DNA of 64,000 nt, from assembly GCA_043228905.1 (NCBI GenBank), contig JBHGNT010000022.1, positions 2,728,001 through 2,792,000 of the forward strand, written 5' to 3'. Source of the stretch: Azolla caroliniana. Taxonomy: Eukaryota; Plantae; Polypodiophyta. Below, one piece after another: positions 22,838 through 32,110 of the stretch. Position numbers and translations under genes: made by a program. Within the stretch, counting starts at the first letter, position 1; every line of letters begins with the position of its first letter. A model generated the notes under the pieces. The model searched no databases. It was not told the origin of the DNA and saw only the letters and a list, made by a program, of their open reading frames with translations.

Positions 22838-25516
22838 ATGGAACCACAAACGCTGTCGGAAGCGGCCAGGAAATGGTTCAGGCAAAACGGACTGGAGGGG
22901 TTCTTGGCCATCATGGAGGCACCGCCGCACAGAGAAGCAGACCGGGTCATCAAGGAGCTCGCCACAGAGGTCATCACCGAGGAAGCGATCCGCGCGCTAA
23001 CAGGCCTTCCGGAGGGAGGAATCTTTCAGATCGATAACCCAACCTCGGAGCAACTCACCCGATATTTCGGTGAGTACTCGGTTGCCGGCAAAGGCTATCG
23101 GACGCAGGGCGGCGAAGATCCGCTATTCAGGGAGATAGCTCGAGTGCTGCATGAGTACGGTCACGTGTACCCCCGACCCCCTGTCATGCCAAAAAATCGG
23201 GCAGGGATGATCATAGCCACATATGAAGGGGTCAAGGTGGACTGGCCGGTGTTGATTGCAGACGGGTTGTGCATGGCAATCGACATGGTACGAGGGAAGG
23301 ACGGCAAGGAGGGCCGGAAGCTGTGGCACGCCGTAGCTCAATGGATAACATTGCTCGTGCCGCCGGTCGAGACCGTCCAGCCAAAGAAGCGGCCAAGAGT
23401 ATCGGAAGGAAGCACCTCGAAGCCGGCGTCCAAACGACAGCAGCTGCTGGCGTCGAAGGCGACGAAAGGGAAGAAAAGGGCCCCAGAACCGGAGGAGGTG
23501 TCACCGGTCCGACCCGTCAAAATAACCTTACGGAGACCAGGACAGAAGGAACCGGAACCCTTGACGGCACAGAAACATGCCGTGACACAGGAAGAGGAAA
23601 CGGAGGAGCCAGAAGAGCACCTCCAACGACGGTCAAGAAGTAGGACCGCCGAGGCAGGAGGGGAGCGGTCGTACCCGCGAGAGGCAGAGACGCCCCCAAC
23701 TCAACCTGAGCAAACCACAAGGGAAGAACCGGAACCGGTACGTAGGGAACCGGTCTTGTCGACTTCTATAGAAGAAGTCAGTCCAACGGCTCCGGAGACG
23801 GCGAGAACCGGAACTCAACAGCCGGCGAGCCCAGCCAGAGCACACGGCGGCCAAGGAGTAGAACCAGAACGGCATATGCAGGCAATCAGGCCAGACAATT
23901 CCACGGTGAATGAGGCAACTCGACCAGTACAGCAACAGGGCACCAGTAGCATGTGGCTACGGTGGGTAGGCGAGCAAATCGCCGGAGTGGTCGAGTATAT
24001 AGAGGCGGAAGAGAGAACGCACCAGGAACGGTTGCTCGTCACAACCGTAGATCTAGAGACGGCCCGGTCCAGAATCCGGAGCCTTGAAGAAGACTTGGAC
24101 AGGGTCACAAGGGAAACACAAGTCCAAGCACCGGTGACTCCGGGCAATGTACAGAATAAAGTATCAAATCAACCTGTACATAGCAATAAGACCCCGGCAA
24201 CGGAAACCGTTCCGGAGAGAAATGCGGCACAAGCCCAAGAGCTTGCGGATTTAAAGGATGAGCTTGCTGCCCAAGAAGCGCTGAGGAGCCGCGAAAGAGA
24301 ACTGAAGACGGCAGCGGAGGCAGAACTCAGAAAGACTGCTGAGAATCTACGCCGGGCCGAGGAGAGCTTACGGAAAGGCCACCAAGCGTACGACCGGCTC
24401 AAGGAGGAGAAGGAGAAAATGCTGCAAGAGAAGGAGAGACTCCGGAGGAACGCCGAAACAGAAGTAGAGCGCCTGAAAGAGGAACTCCGGCAGGTAAAGG
24501 ACCGGGAGGACCGGAACCATCGCCAGATCAACGGCAAGCTCAAACTAAAAACAGAGGAATTTGAGAACTTGCACCGGGAGCATAAACGGTTGCAAACGGA
24601 GCACAAGGAACGGATGGATGAGCTCCGGCAAGCAGTTGATCGGACCGCAACCGCATTCGCCAAGGAACAAGCGGAAAACAGAAGACGGTTGGAAGAGGCG
24701 GAGAAGGTTCGGACAGAGCTCCTCAGGCAACAACAGGCGGAAAAAGAAAGAGCGGCGGAGGTACTGCAGAGGCTGCAAACGACATATCAAGGGCAGCTGA
24801 CGCGCTACCGAGAGCAGGCGGAGGATACGTCAAATCTCATCAAGCAGCTGAAGGAGGAGCGACAAGTGGTGGAAAGCAGAGCACAAATGGGAGCAAGTCG
24901 CATCCAGGATATCATGCGGGCCTGGTTGAACCAGACCAAGAGCTTGATCGACAACGGCTCCGTCAAATGGTGGACCAAGTGGGCCACGGACGCGGCGGAA
25001 CTCCAATTGCTCCGGGCTGACGTAGAGAACCGGCGAAAGGAGGGAGATGATTGCTATATGCTGACTTCCGAGGACTTCACCGGCATAAGAGATGAGCTTG
25101 CCGAAGACTTTCAAGCCTTGGCAGAGGACCAACTAGAGCAAGTCCGGCAACTTGTAGCTCAGCTGGACGACGACAGGCTGGAGGCGCAGATCCAGTTTGA
25201 AAGCTACGAGAGGTCCCGGATCCGGGGAGAGAAAGAACGAGAACCAGTTACGGTCAACCTCAGTGATGAGGAACCGTTACTGGAAGAAGACCGGACCGGA
25301 AGCAGTCAATCGGAGATGCCGGAGCCAGAGAGACAAACGGAGCAGCCGGAGTCAGCGAAACAAACGGAGCAGCAGCAACAAGCAGAGCAGCCGGAGCAGC
25401 CTCAGTCCCAACCGCAACCACAGCAGCAGCAGCAAGCACAGCCGCAACAACCACAACCGAAAGAACAAGCGGAAATTCTTGAACCAAGTATTTTGGACAA
25501 TTCGGGTGAACAATGA
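22838..25516 (+). CDS. Element C extra sense ORF in the env position (~892 aa), long coiled coil, unknown function
   Basis: Open from 22538 to 25516, with a likely ATG at 22838 after a pyrimidine-rich tract; E/R/K/Q-rich heptads at ~24200-25200; Q/P-rich tail. Confidence 0.8.
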   Translation: MEPQTLSEAARKWFRQNGLEGFLAIMEAPPHREADRVIKELATEVITEEAIRALTGLPEGGIFQIDNPTSEQLTRYFGEYSVAGKGYRTQGGEDPLFREIARVLHEYGHVYPRPPVMPKNRAGMIIATYEGVKVDWPVLIADGLCMAIDMVRGKDGKEGRKLWHAVAQWITLLVPPVETVQPKKRPRVSEGSTSKPASKRQQLLASKATKGKKRAPEPEEVSPVRPVKITLRRPGQKEPEPLTAQKHAVTQEEETEEPEEHLQRRSRSRTAEAGGERSYPREAETPPTQPEQTTREEPEPVRREPVLSTSIEEVSPTAPETARTGTQQPASPARAHGGQGVEPERHMQAIRPDNSTVNEATRPVQQQGTSSMWLRWVGEQIAGVVEYIEAEERTHQERLLVTTVDLETARSRIRSLEEDLDRVTRETQVQAPVTPGNVQNKVSNQPVHSNKTPATETVPERNAAQAQELADLKDELAAQEALRSRERELKTAAEAELRKTAENLRRAEESLRKGHQAYDRLKEEKEKMLQEKERLRRNAETEVERLKEELRQVKDREDRNHRQINGKLKLKTEEFENLHREHKRLQTEHKERMDELRQAVDRTATAFAKEQAENRRRLEEAEKVRTELLRQQQAEKERAAEVLQRLQTTYQGQLTRYREQAEDTSNLIKQLKEERQVVESRAQMGASRIQDIMRAWLNQTKSLIDNGSVKWWTKWATDAAELQLLRADVENRRKEGDDCYMLTSEDFTGIRDELAEDFQALAEDQLEQVRQLVAQLDDDRLEAQIQFESYERSRIRGEKEREPVTVNLSDEEPLLEEDRTGSSQSEMPEPERQTEQPESAKQTEQQQQAEQPEQPQSQPQPQQQQQAQPQQPQPKEQAEILEPSILDNSGEQ

Positions 25517-25568
25517 AGGGGCCGAGAAGGGTTCGACGTACAAGGTACTGTCCCACGGGCGTGCCATG

Positions 25569-25979
25569 TGTTACCGGCCGGCAAGGAGTCCAAAATACGG
25601 AATTAATTATATATGGTTGTAAATGAGGATAGTGTGGACGGACGGACTGGAAACGGTATGCCGTTCCAGATCCGGACGGATCCCGAATAGGTGCGAGGGG
25701 CACCGTTTTGTACTACGGGCCGGAAACCTATTTAAAGGCCCGGACCCTATTGTAATGACAGCGGATAATTAATAGAGCTTATGATGTTTGTACTTCTGTC
25801 TTGATTTCCGTTCTGTAATCACTGTTATATCTTACGCGTGTAATTAACCAAGCAATCTAATCGTGTAACCTACGTAAGTCGGTGTAATCGTTGAATCTTA
25901 ATCCTATGCCGTAATCACCCTTTGGTGAAGTGTCTCCGTGACACCTTGTGTTAAGCCTTGTCCGGCTAAGCGAATAACA
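25569..25979 (+). repeat. 3' LTR of element C
   Basis: Matches 16119-16529. Confidence 0.95.
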
Positions 25980-27365
25980 ATCTTTAAGTCGCCTTGGAGT
26001 CGCCCACGCCTGAATGACAGAGACCTTCTTCATATCCATGGTGATGCCAGTGGGCGAGATGATGTAGCCCAGAAATTCGATCGAGGTACGGTCGAACTCG
26101 CATTTCTCGCCTTTGGCATAAAGGCCATGCTCGCGAAGTTTGGCCAGAACTAATCGGACTTGGCGAGTGTGCTCCTCCATGTTTGGCGAGAAAATGAGAA
26201 TATCATCGAGGTAAATGACAACAAAAAGATCAAGATATTCCCGGAAAATATCGTTCATCATATGTTGAAAAACTGCGGGAGCGTTAGTAAGACCAAAAGG
26301 CATTACCTTGTATTCGAAATGCCCATACCGTGTTCGAAATGCGGTTTTCCATTCATCCCCCGGCTTGATGCGTACTAGATTGTACGCGCCACGCAGATCA
26401 ACTTTTGAGAAGACACGCGCAACTCGGAGCCGATCAAGGAGTTCGGGGATCAGAGGTAGCGGATAGCGGTTGCGCACAGTGAGTTTGTTGAGACCTCGGT
26501 AGTCGACGCATAACCGTAGAGAGCCGTCCTTTTTCTTCACAAATAAAATGGGGGCCCCGGCTGGTGACTTAGAAGGTTGAATAAAGCCTTTCGTGAGGTT
26601 CTCATCAAGATACACACGAAGGGCCTTCAACTCTGGTGCAGACAACGCATATAGAGGACCAAAGGGTGGACACGCACCTTCTTGAAGATCAATCGGACAG
26701 TCGTAGAGTCGGTGTTCAGGCAACCGATCAGCATTACATTTTTCAAATACGTCGGAGAAGTGTTGGTATTTTTCGGGAATAACATGGAGTGTGTTAGAAA
26801 TGGCGCCACAAACGAACCCATCCTGGACGGATGATGGGGTAGTCAATTCGGAGTCGACCGTCTCCGAAGGATAGGAAACTGAATTTACCTTCATACTTTT
26901 GCACGAGCATCTTGGCTTGCTAAATGTGATCGAGCGGTTGCACCAATCTACTATTGGATTGTGCGCCTCCAACCACGTTAGTCCTAAGACGATCGGATGT
27001 CGAGGAGATGCGATGAGGTAAAAGGTGAGCTCCTCTTGGTGTGAGCCCACCCGAAGCCCTAATGGGATTGTAGCTTGAGTAATTGCACCTGACGAGAGGA
27101 CGCACCCGTCGATGGCTTCAACTGGAATGGGTTTTGAGAGGCCAACGACAGGTACGCCATGTGCTTGGGCAAACGCGACGTCGATGAAGCAAGAAGATGC
27201 CCCAGAATCAAGTAAAGCAACAGACTGAATGGAACTAGAGTTAAACGAAAGCCATACCTCCAATGTGAAATTGCCTGATGGTCCGGCAATGGAACCAAGA
27301 GAATGTGGGCGACGGGAGATGTCCAGTTGCATGGCTCCTACTGCAACCGAACGATGTCGTTTTCC
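25980..27365 (-). CDS. Element B pol, 5' part (protease, RT), reached by predicted -1 frameshift
   Basis: LLDSGAS, LCVDYRGLN, YLDDILI; joins 16118 in frame as RRLKD-VQSFLG after removing C and one TSD. Confidence 0.92.
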
Positions 27366-28354
27366 GGATGTTGGGGTCCGTTAGCTCGATGGAATTGTGG
27401 GCGAGTACTCCTAGGACAATGGTGAACGACATGACCGGAGGCGCCACAATACATGCACAAGCCATTAGCCCGCCGAAATTGTCGTTCAGCATCAGTCAAT
27501 GGCCGAAATCGGGCTTGATCAATTTCCATGGGGACAGGAGCATCTGCCGAAGTAGGCGAGTGTGAGGATGCTTGGGGTTGTATGACCGGGGCATGGCGTG
27601 GAAGTGAATGAGGTGGAACCCAAGTCCGGCGCTCTTCTTGGCGAAATTCGAAAAGACGATTGTCACAATGGACTGCTTGTGAAATCGCTTGGGATAACGA
27701 GGTGGGCTCCGGAAAGTTTAAGAGAAGATTCTTGACATTGCTTCGAAGACCGCGCCGAAAGTGATCAACTAAAGCTTGATCATCCCAATTGACGTCGCAT
27801 GCTAGTTGTCGAAATTCGGAAGCATAGACCGAAGCTGCACGTGAACCTTGTTCGAGTGCATAAATCTTGTTAAGAGCTGTACGTCGTCGGTCCGTCTCTC
27901 CAAATGTGGCCTCTAACTCGGCGAGGAAGGCGGGAAAGTCCTCCAATAAAGGTGATGAGGTTTCTACCAATGGTGCAAACCAAGCTTGGGCCGGACCGGA
28001 GAGAAGGGTGCCCACAAGACCGACTTGTCGAAGACCATCTCCATAACGTTGAGGTTGTAGCCGAATGATAAGTCGAACTTGGTTGATGAACCCTCGGAAA
28101 CGCGACCTCGTTCCATCAAATTTTTCTGGGAGGCTAACCTTAGGCTCAAGAAACTGTGACGGAGCTAGGCTAGATGTTGGTAGAAGATCGGGCTCTAGGC
28201 TAGGTTGTTGTGGGAGACTAGGGTTCGGGGGTTGTGAGGATAAGGAGGTACCGACTTGAAGTTCTTGTAAAGAATTTTGAAGAGCTTCATTTTCAAGCTG
28301 TAGTTGTCGTAAGGCTACCATTATTTGGCCTAACTCACTAGTTGAGTCGGACAT
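27338..28354 (-). CDS. Element B Gag (338 aa)
   Basis: PEKFDGTR capsid motif, PVPMEID, CMYCGASGHVVHHC knuckle. Confidence 0.93.
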   Translation of the reverse strand: MSDSTSELGQIMVALRQLQLENEALQNSLQELQVGTSLSSQPPNPSLPQQPSLEPDLLPTSSLAPSQFLEPKVSLPEKFDGTRSRFRGFINQVRLIIRLQPQRYGDGLRQVGLVGTLLSGPAQAWFAPLVETSSPLLEDFPAFLAELEATFGETDRRRTALNKIYALEQGSRAASVYASEFRQLACDVNWDDQALVDHFRRGLRSNVKNLLLNFPEPTSLSQAISQAVHCDNRLFEFRQEERRTWVPPHSLPRHAPVIQPQASSHSPTSADAPVPMEIDQARFRPLTDAERQFRRANGLCMYCGASGHVVHHCPRSTRPQFHRANGPQHPENDIVRLQ

Positions 28355-28403
28355 AGCTATGGCTTATGAGAGGGAGAGCTATGAGGATGGAAGGTGAACA
28401 AAC

Positions 28404-28756
28404 TGTCACGGATCATAAACTCAAGAGACAACCAAGAAGATAACCAAATGGACAAGAAAGAAGATAGTACTAAAGGAAAGACTCCATAACTGGTGTTGTT
28501 CACCTTGAATTCCTTCAAGGTGAACTCCTCTATTTATACTACATGGCATGCACACTTGTTGCACGCATGTGAATCTACAATAGAGCATGTAGGTATGCAT
28601 GCATGTGCCAAGTGTAAATACTACAAGGGAGCAACTATGCACATGATGCTAGCAAAATAATAAGGACCAATTACATACATAACTAGTACTAGATATCTTG
28701 GTTAACTCATTATAGTAGATTATAACATGGTCGTGTCAAGAGTTCGAATCTTGACA
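28404..28756 (-). repeat. 5' LTR of element B
   Basis: Matches 13602-13954; minus-strand TATAAATA at 28531-28538. Confidence 0.95.
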
Positions 28757-29720
28757 GCGGACACTTGCACGTGGGGGGCTGGCTCTTCCATCAGTACCCC
28801 GAAAGTTAGTTTCCTGGAAGCTCAGCCAACGATGTTGCTACAGCCATGGTTTGCTGCTTGTGAGAGTGTTGTTGCATTTTCCGGCAATAACGTCAGACAT
28901 GTCCATAATTGTGGTAGTAGAAACACTTCGGGCATCCTTGGGCATCGCGATTAGGAAGGTTTTAATGATTCTGCATCTGCACATTTTGGACGTCAATGTC
29001 CATGGGGGTCGCTCCTTGGTCTAGCGCGCGCAAGTCGGTCGATGGTGGAGGGGGCCATCGTGGTTGGGAGTCAGATAGCGTACAAGCTTCGATGTGATGG
29101 GCAATGAGGATCGCATCATTGAAGGTCTTGGGACCTTGGTCCCGGGCACGGCGAGTGATGTCAGGTCGCAAACGGGGCCATAAGAAGAAAAGATTGACAT
29201 GCTCAGGCATGGTTGGATCGACACAGACCAGAAGCTGATTTAGGCGAACACCAAATTGGCCTACTGGTTCATGCACTAGCTGTTGCAGCGTCTCGAGTTG
29301 TTGCAATGCCGTCTGGGCTGAATTTTGAAGCGCGAAGTTTTGCACGAGCAGATCCCGGAGAATCACCTAGTTCTCCGTCACTTCGCTAGCTTGTTGTACG
29401 TACCAAGTGGCGGCGACATTTTCGAGCAAGGTGCGAACTTCCAAAGCCTTGCACTCGTCAAACCATTTACGGTAACTTGAGATCATTTCAAAGTGATCCA
29501 ACCATGCTAAGACATCCACAAATGGCCAGCCAAAAAAGGACTTTGGGCGAACCTTGGAATATGGCCAATCTAGAGACCGATCGTTGGTAGCGGAGAGGAA
29601 GGAGAGCATAGCTTGGTTCGTGTGGCTGATTTGAAGCATGCTGTTGGAGTCGACTTGCAAGAGTTTCTCCATTTGGAAGGGGGGTGGCCGCTGAGGAGGT
29701 TGCGGGAACTCAAATTGCAT
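28757..29720 (-). pseudogene. Element A gag remnant
   Basis: ORFs 29720-29367 and 29366-28962 (WLDHFE, TPMDID); broken knuckle CFYYHNYGHV*RYC near 28890-28930. Confidence 0.8.
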
Positions 29721-29813
29721 AGGGGTATCGACTTCAACGTCGACCGGAGGGAATTAGGACACCATGAACGGGGTGATAGTGGCTAAAATTTTACCCCGCT
29801 TCTCCACCAATTA

Positions 29814-30076
29814 TGCGAAATGCACATAAATGGAATCCAAACTAGCTTGCTTAGCTTCTTTCTTCCTATTCAATTTAAAGTCGTACATAAGTACCCATTT
29901 GGGTTGGCTTTAATTAGCTACATGCATCCTAACAAGGGTATGCTAAAAGGGTGGCTCAACGGAAAACATGTACACCATAGCATGAAGGCATGCAAGCTAA
30001 ACAAGGGTATGCTAAAAGGGGCACAAAGAAACACACGCACACCCAACATGAAGGCATGCACTTGCATCCAAGTGAC
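29814..30076 (-). repeat. 5' LTR of element A (internal duplication, outer end clipped)
   Basis: Homologous to 10270-10460, with the AACAAGGGTATGCTAAAAGGGG block present twice. Confidence 0.75.
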
Positions 30077-32036
30077 CAAATTAGAAATTGGTACTACTAC
30101 TTGGTTCTTACCATAAAAGGTCTCACAACCGAGACCTATTTGTTCGGAATATTTCCCTCTAGTGGGAGGAGCCGATTGTTCGGCTTGAGCACCGATGCTC
30201 CAATGAAATTTGAGGGCTCTAACATAACAAACATCTAAGGCCAATTAGCTCAGTTGGTTAGAGCGCCGTATGAATAACGCGAAGGTCATAGGTTCGAGAC
30301 CTATATTGGCCAAAATAAACGTTCGTCATTAAAAAGTCATCTAAAATATAAGGCTAAAAGAATAAGCGAGGCAATAAAATAAGAATCTATGAAAAAGGAA
30401 ATAGGACATTCACCATTCCATAAAGTAGGTGAATTGGAAAACCTTTGGTCGAATGACCTAGGGGATCAGAGGGATAACGGAAAAAATACTTCTCCTTTTG
30501 CGTGCTGGTTCATTTCAAAGGTCTCTATCTTGCATCTTATTTTGCCAACGCAGAACCTGCATGTTGACTTAAACTGGCTCTAACCGGAGTATTGTTTCGA
30601 CCAATGTTGGAAATCACATTCGTTGGGGTTAAGATTTTCTAGTAGCTTCTCAGGGATACAAATTTAAAATGACATACGGTGGATTAGTTTAGTTGGTTAG
30701 AGCATCGTGTTAATAACTCGTAGGTCGTAGGTTCAACATCGAGATTGAACATAAACAACGCTTAGTTGGTTAAGACGGTTGTGTAGTTCTTAAGATTTAA
30801 TGAAGAAGCAAGGCAATAAATATGAATTCATGAGAGTTTATATCTTATGTTACTAATAAGAAAATGGTACTACTACTTGTTTGTTACCATAAAAGGTCTC
30901 TCAACCGAGACCTATTTGTTAGGAAGATTTCCCTCTAGTGGGAGGAGCCGATTGTTCGGGCCGAGCACTGATGGTCCAATGAAGTTTGGACAGCTCTAAC
31001 TTAACCGACATATTAGTTGATAGAAATTAGCTCAGTTGATAGAAATTTAAAATGAAGGTTAGAGCATCGTGCTAATAACTCATAGGTCGTAGGTTCAACA
31101 TCGAGATTGGCCATCAGCAACTATTAGTTGGTTAAGGTGGTCGTGTACTATTAAGATTTAATGAAGAAGTTAGGCAATAAATATGAATTCATGAGAATTT
31201 ATATCTTATGTTAAAAATTAGAAATTCGTACTGCTACTTGTTTGTTACCATAAAAGGTCTTTAAACCGAGACCTATTTGCTTCTACTGGAAGTAACCAAC
31301 TGTTCGGGCCGAGCATTGATGCTCCAATGAATTTTTGAGAGATCTAACTTAACCGACATCTAAGGCCAATTAGCTCAGTTGGTTAGAGCGTCGTGCTAAT
31401 AACCCGAAGCTCATAGGTTGGAGACCTCTATTGGCCATCAAAAACGTTCTAGGTTAAAATTTCATCTAGAATATAAGGCTTAAAGTATAAACGACACGAT
31501 AAAATAAGAATCCATAAAAGATAAAATAGTATATACAACATAAATAAGAATCCATGAAAGATAAAATAGTATAAAATTGGCGTGTTGACTTAAACTGGCT
31601 CTAACCAGAGTATTGTTTCAACCTATATTGGAAATCACATTCGTTGGGGTCAAGATTTTCTAGTAAGTTCTTGGTGATAGAAATTTAAAATGACATACGT
31701 TGGATTAGTTGAGTTGGTTAGAGCATCGTGCTAATATCTCGTAGTTCATAGGTTCAATATCGAGATTAGCCATAAACAACGCTTAGGTTGTTAAGACGGT
31801 CGTGTACTTCTTAAAATTTAATGAAGAAGCAATGCAATAAATATGAATTCATGACAGTTTATATCTTATGTTACAAATTAGAAATTGGTACTGCTACTTG
31901 TTTGTTACCATAAAAGGTCTCTAAACCGAGACCTATTTGTTAGGAATATTTCCCTCTAGCGGGAGGAGCCAACTATTCAGGCCGAGCACCAATGATCCAA
32001 TGAAGTTTGGAGAGCTCTAACTAAACCAACATCTAA

Positions 32037-32110
32037 GGCCAATTAGCTCAGTTGGTTAGAGCGTCGTGCTAATAACGCGGAGGTCATAGGTTCGAGACCT
32101 GTATTGGCCA
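32037..32110 (+). tRNA. tRNA-Ile(AAT), foldable copy
   Basis: Acceptor GGCCAAT/ATTGGCC, anticodon loop CTAATAA, T-loop TTCGAGA; deviations from the array consensus give G-U pairs. Confidence 0.7.

Larger units (their letters stand above)
16119..25979 (+). mobile_element. Gypsy element C, intact non-chromovirus (Athila/Tat-related lineage) with an extra 3' ORF
   Basis: 411-bp LTRs at 16119-16529 and 25569-25979 with no differences seen; TSD ATCTT (16114-16118, 25980-25984); PBS TGGCGACCAC at 16536. Confidence 0.96.
13602..28756 (-). mobile_element. Gypsy element B, chromovirus of Tcn1/Tf1 type, inserted in A and interrupted by C
   Basis: 353-bp LTRs at 13602-13954 and 28404-28756 with no differences seen; TSD GCGGA (13597-13601, 28757-28761); PPT complement at ~13955-13968; integrase with C-terminal chromodomain. 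Confidence 0.95.
10253..30076 (-). mobile_element. Gypsy element A (old, degenerate), host of nested elements B and C
   Basis: Diverged LTRs at 10270-10460 and 29814-~30076; tRNA-Ala-type PBS at 29793-29809; PPT complement TTTCCCCCT at 10461-10469; gag 29720-28757; PR-RT-RH-INT fragments 13601-10572. Confidence 0.88.

Noticed and set aside
22838-25516. Calling the extra ORF an envelope glycoprotein or a captured SMC/myosin gene
   Set aside because: No signal peptide, transmembrane stretch or ATPase motif seen; coiled-coil similarity alone is uninformative.
16606-25703. Many antisense and alternate-frame ORFs over element C
   Set aside because: Shadows of GC-rich long coding frames with no recognisable motifs.
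25857-25979. C-terminal tail of the 491-aa ORF (CYSLSRTRL...)
   Set aside because: Read-through into the inserted LTR of element C.
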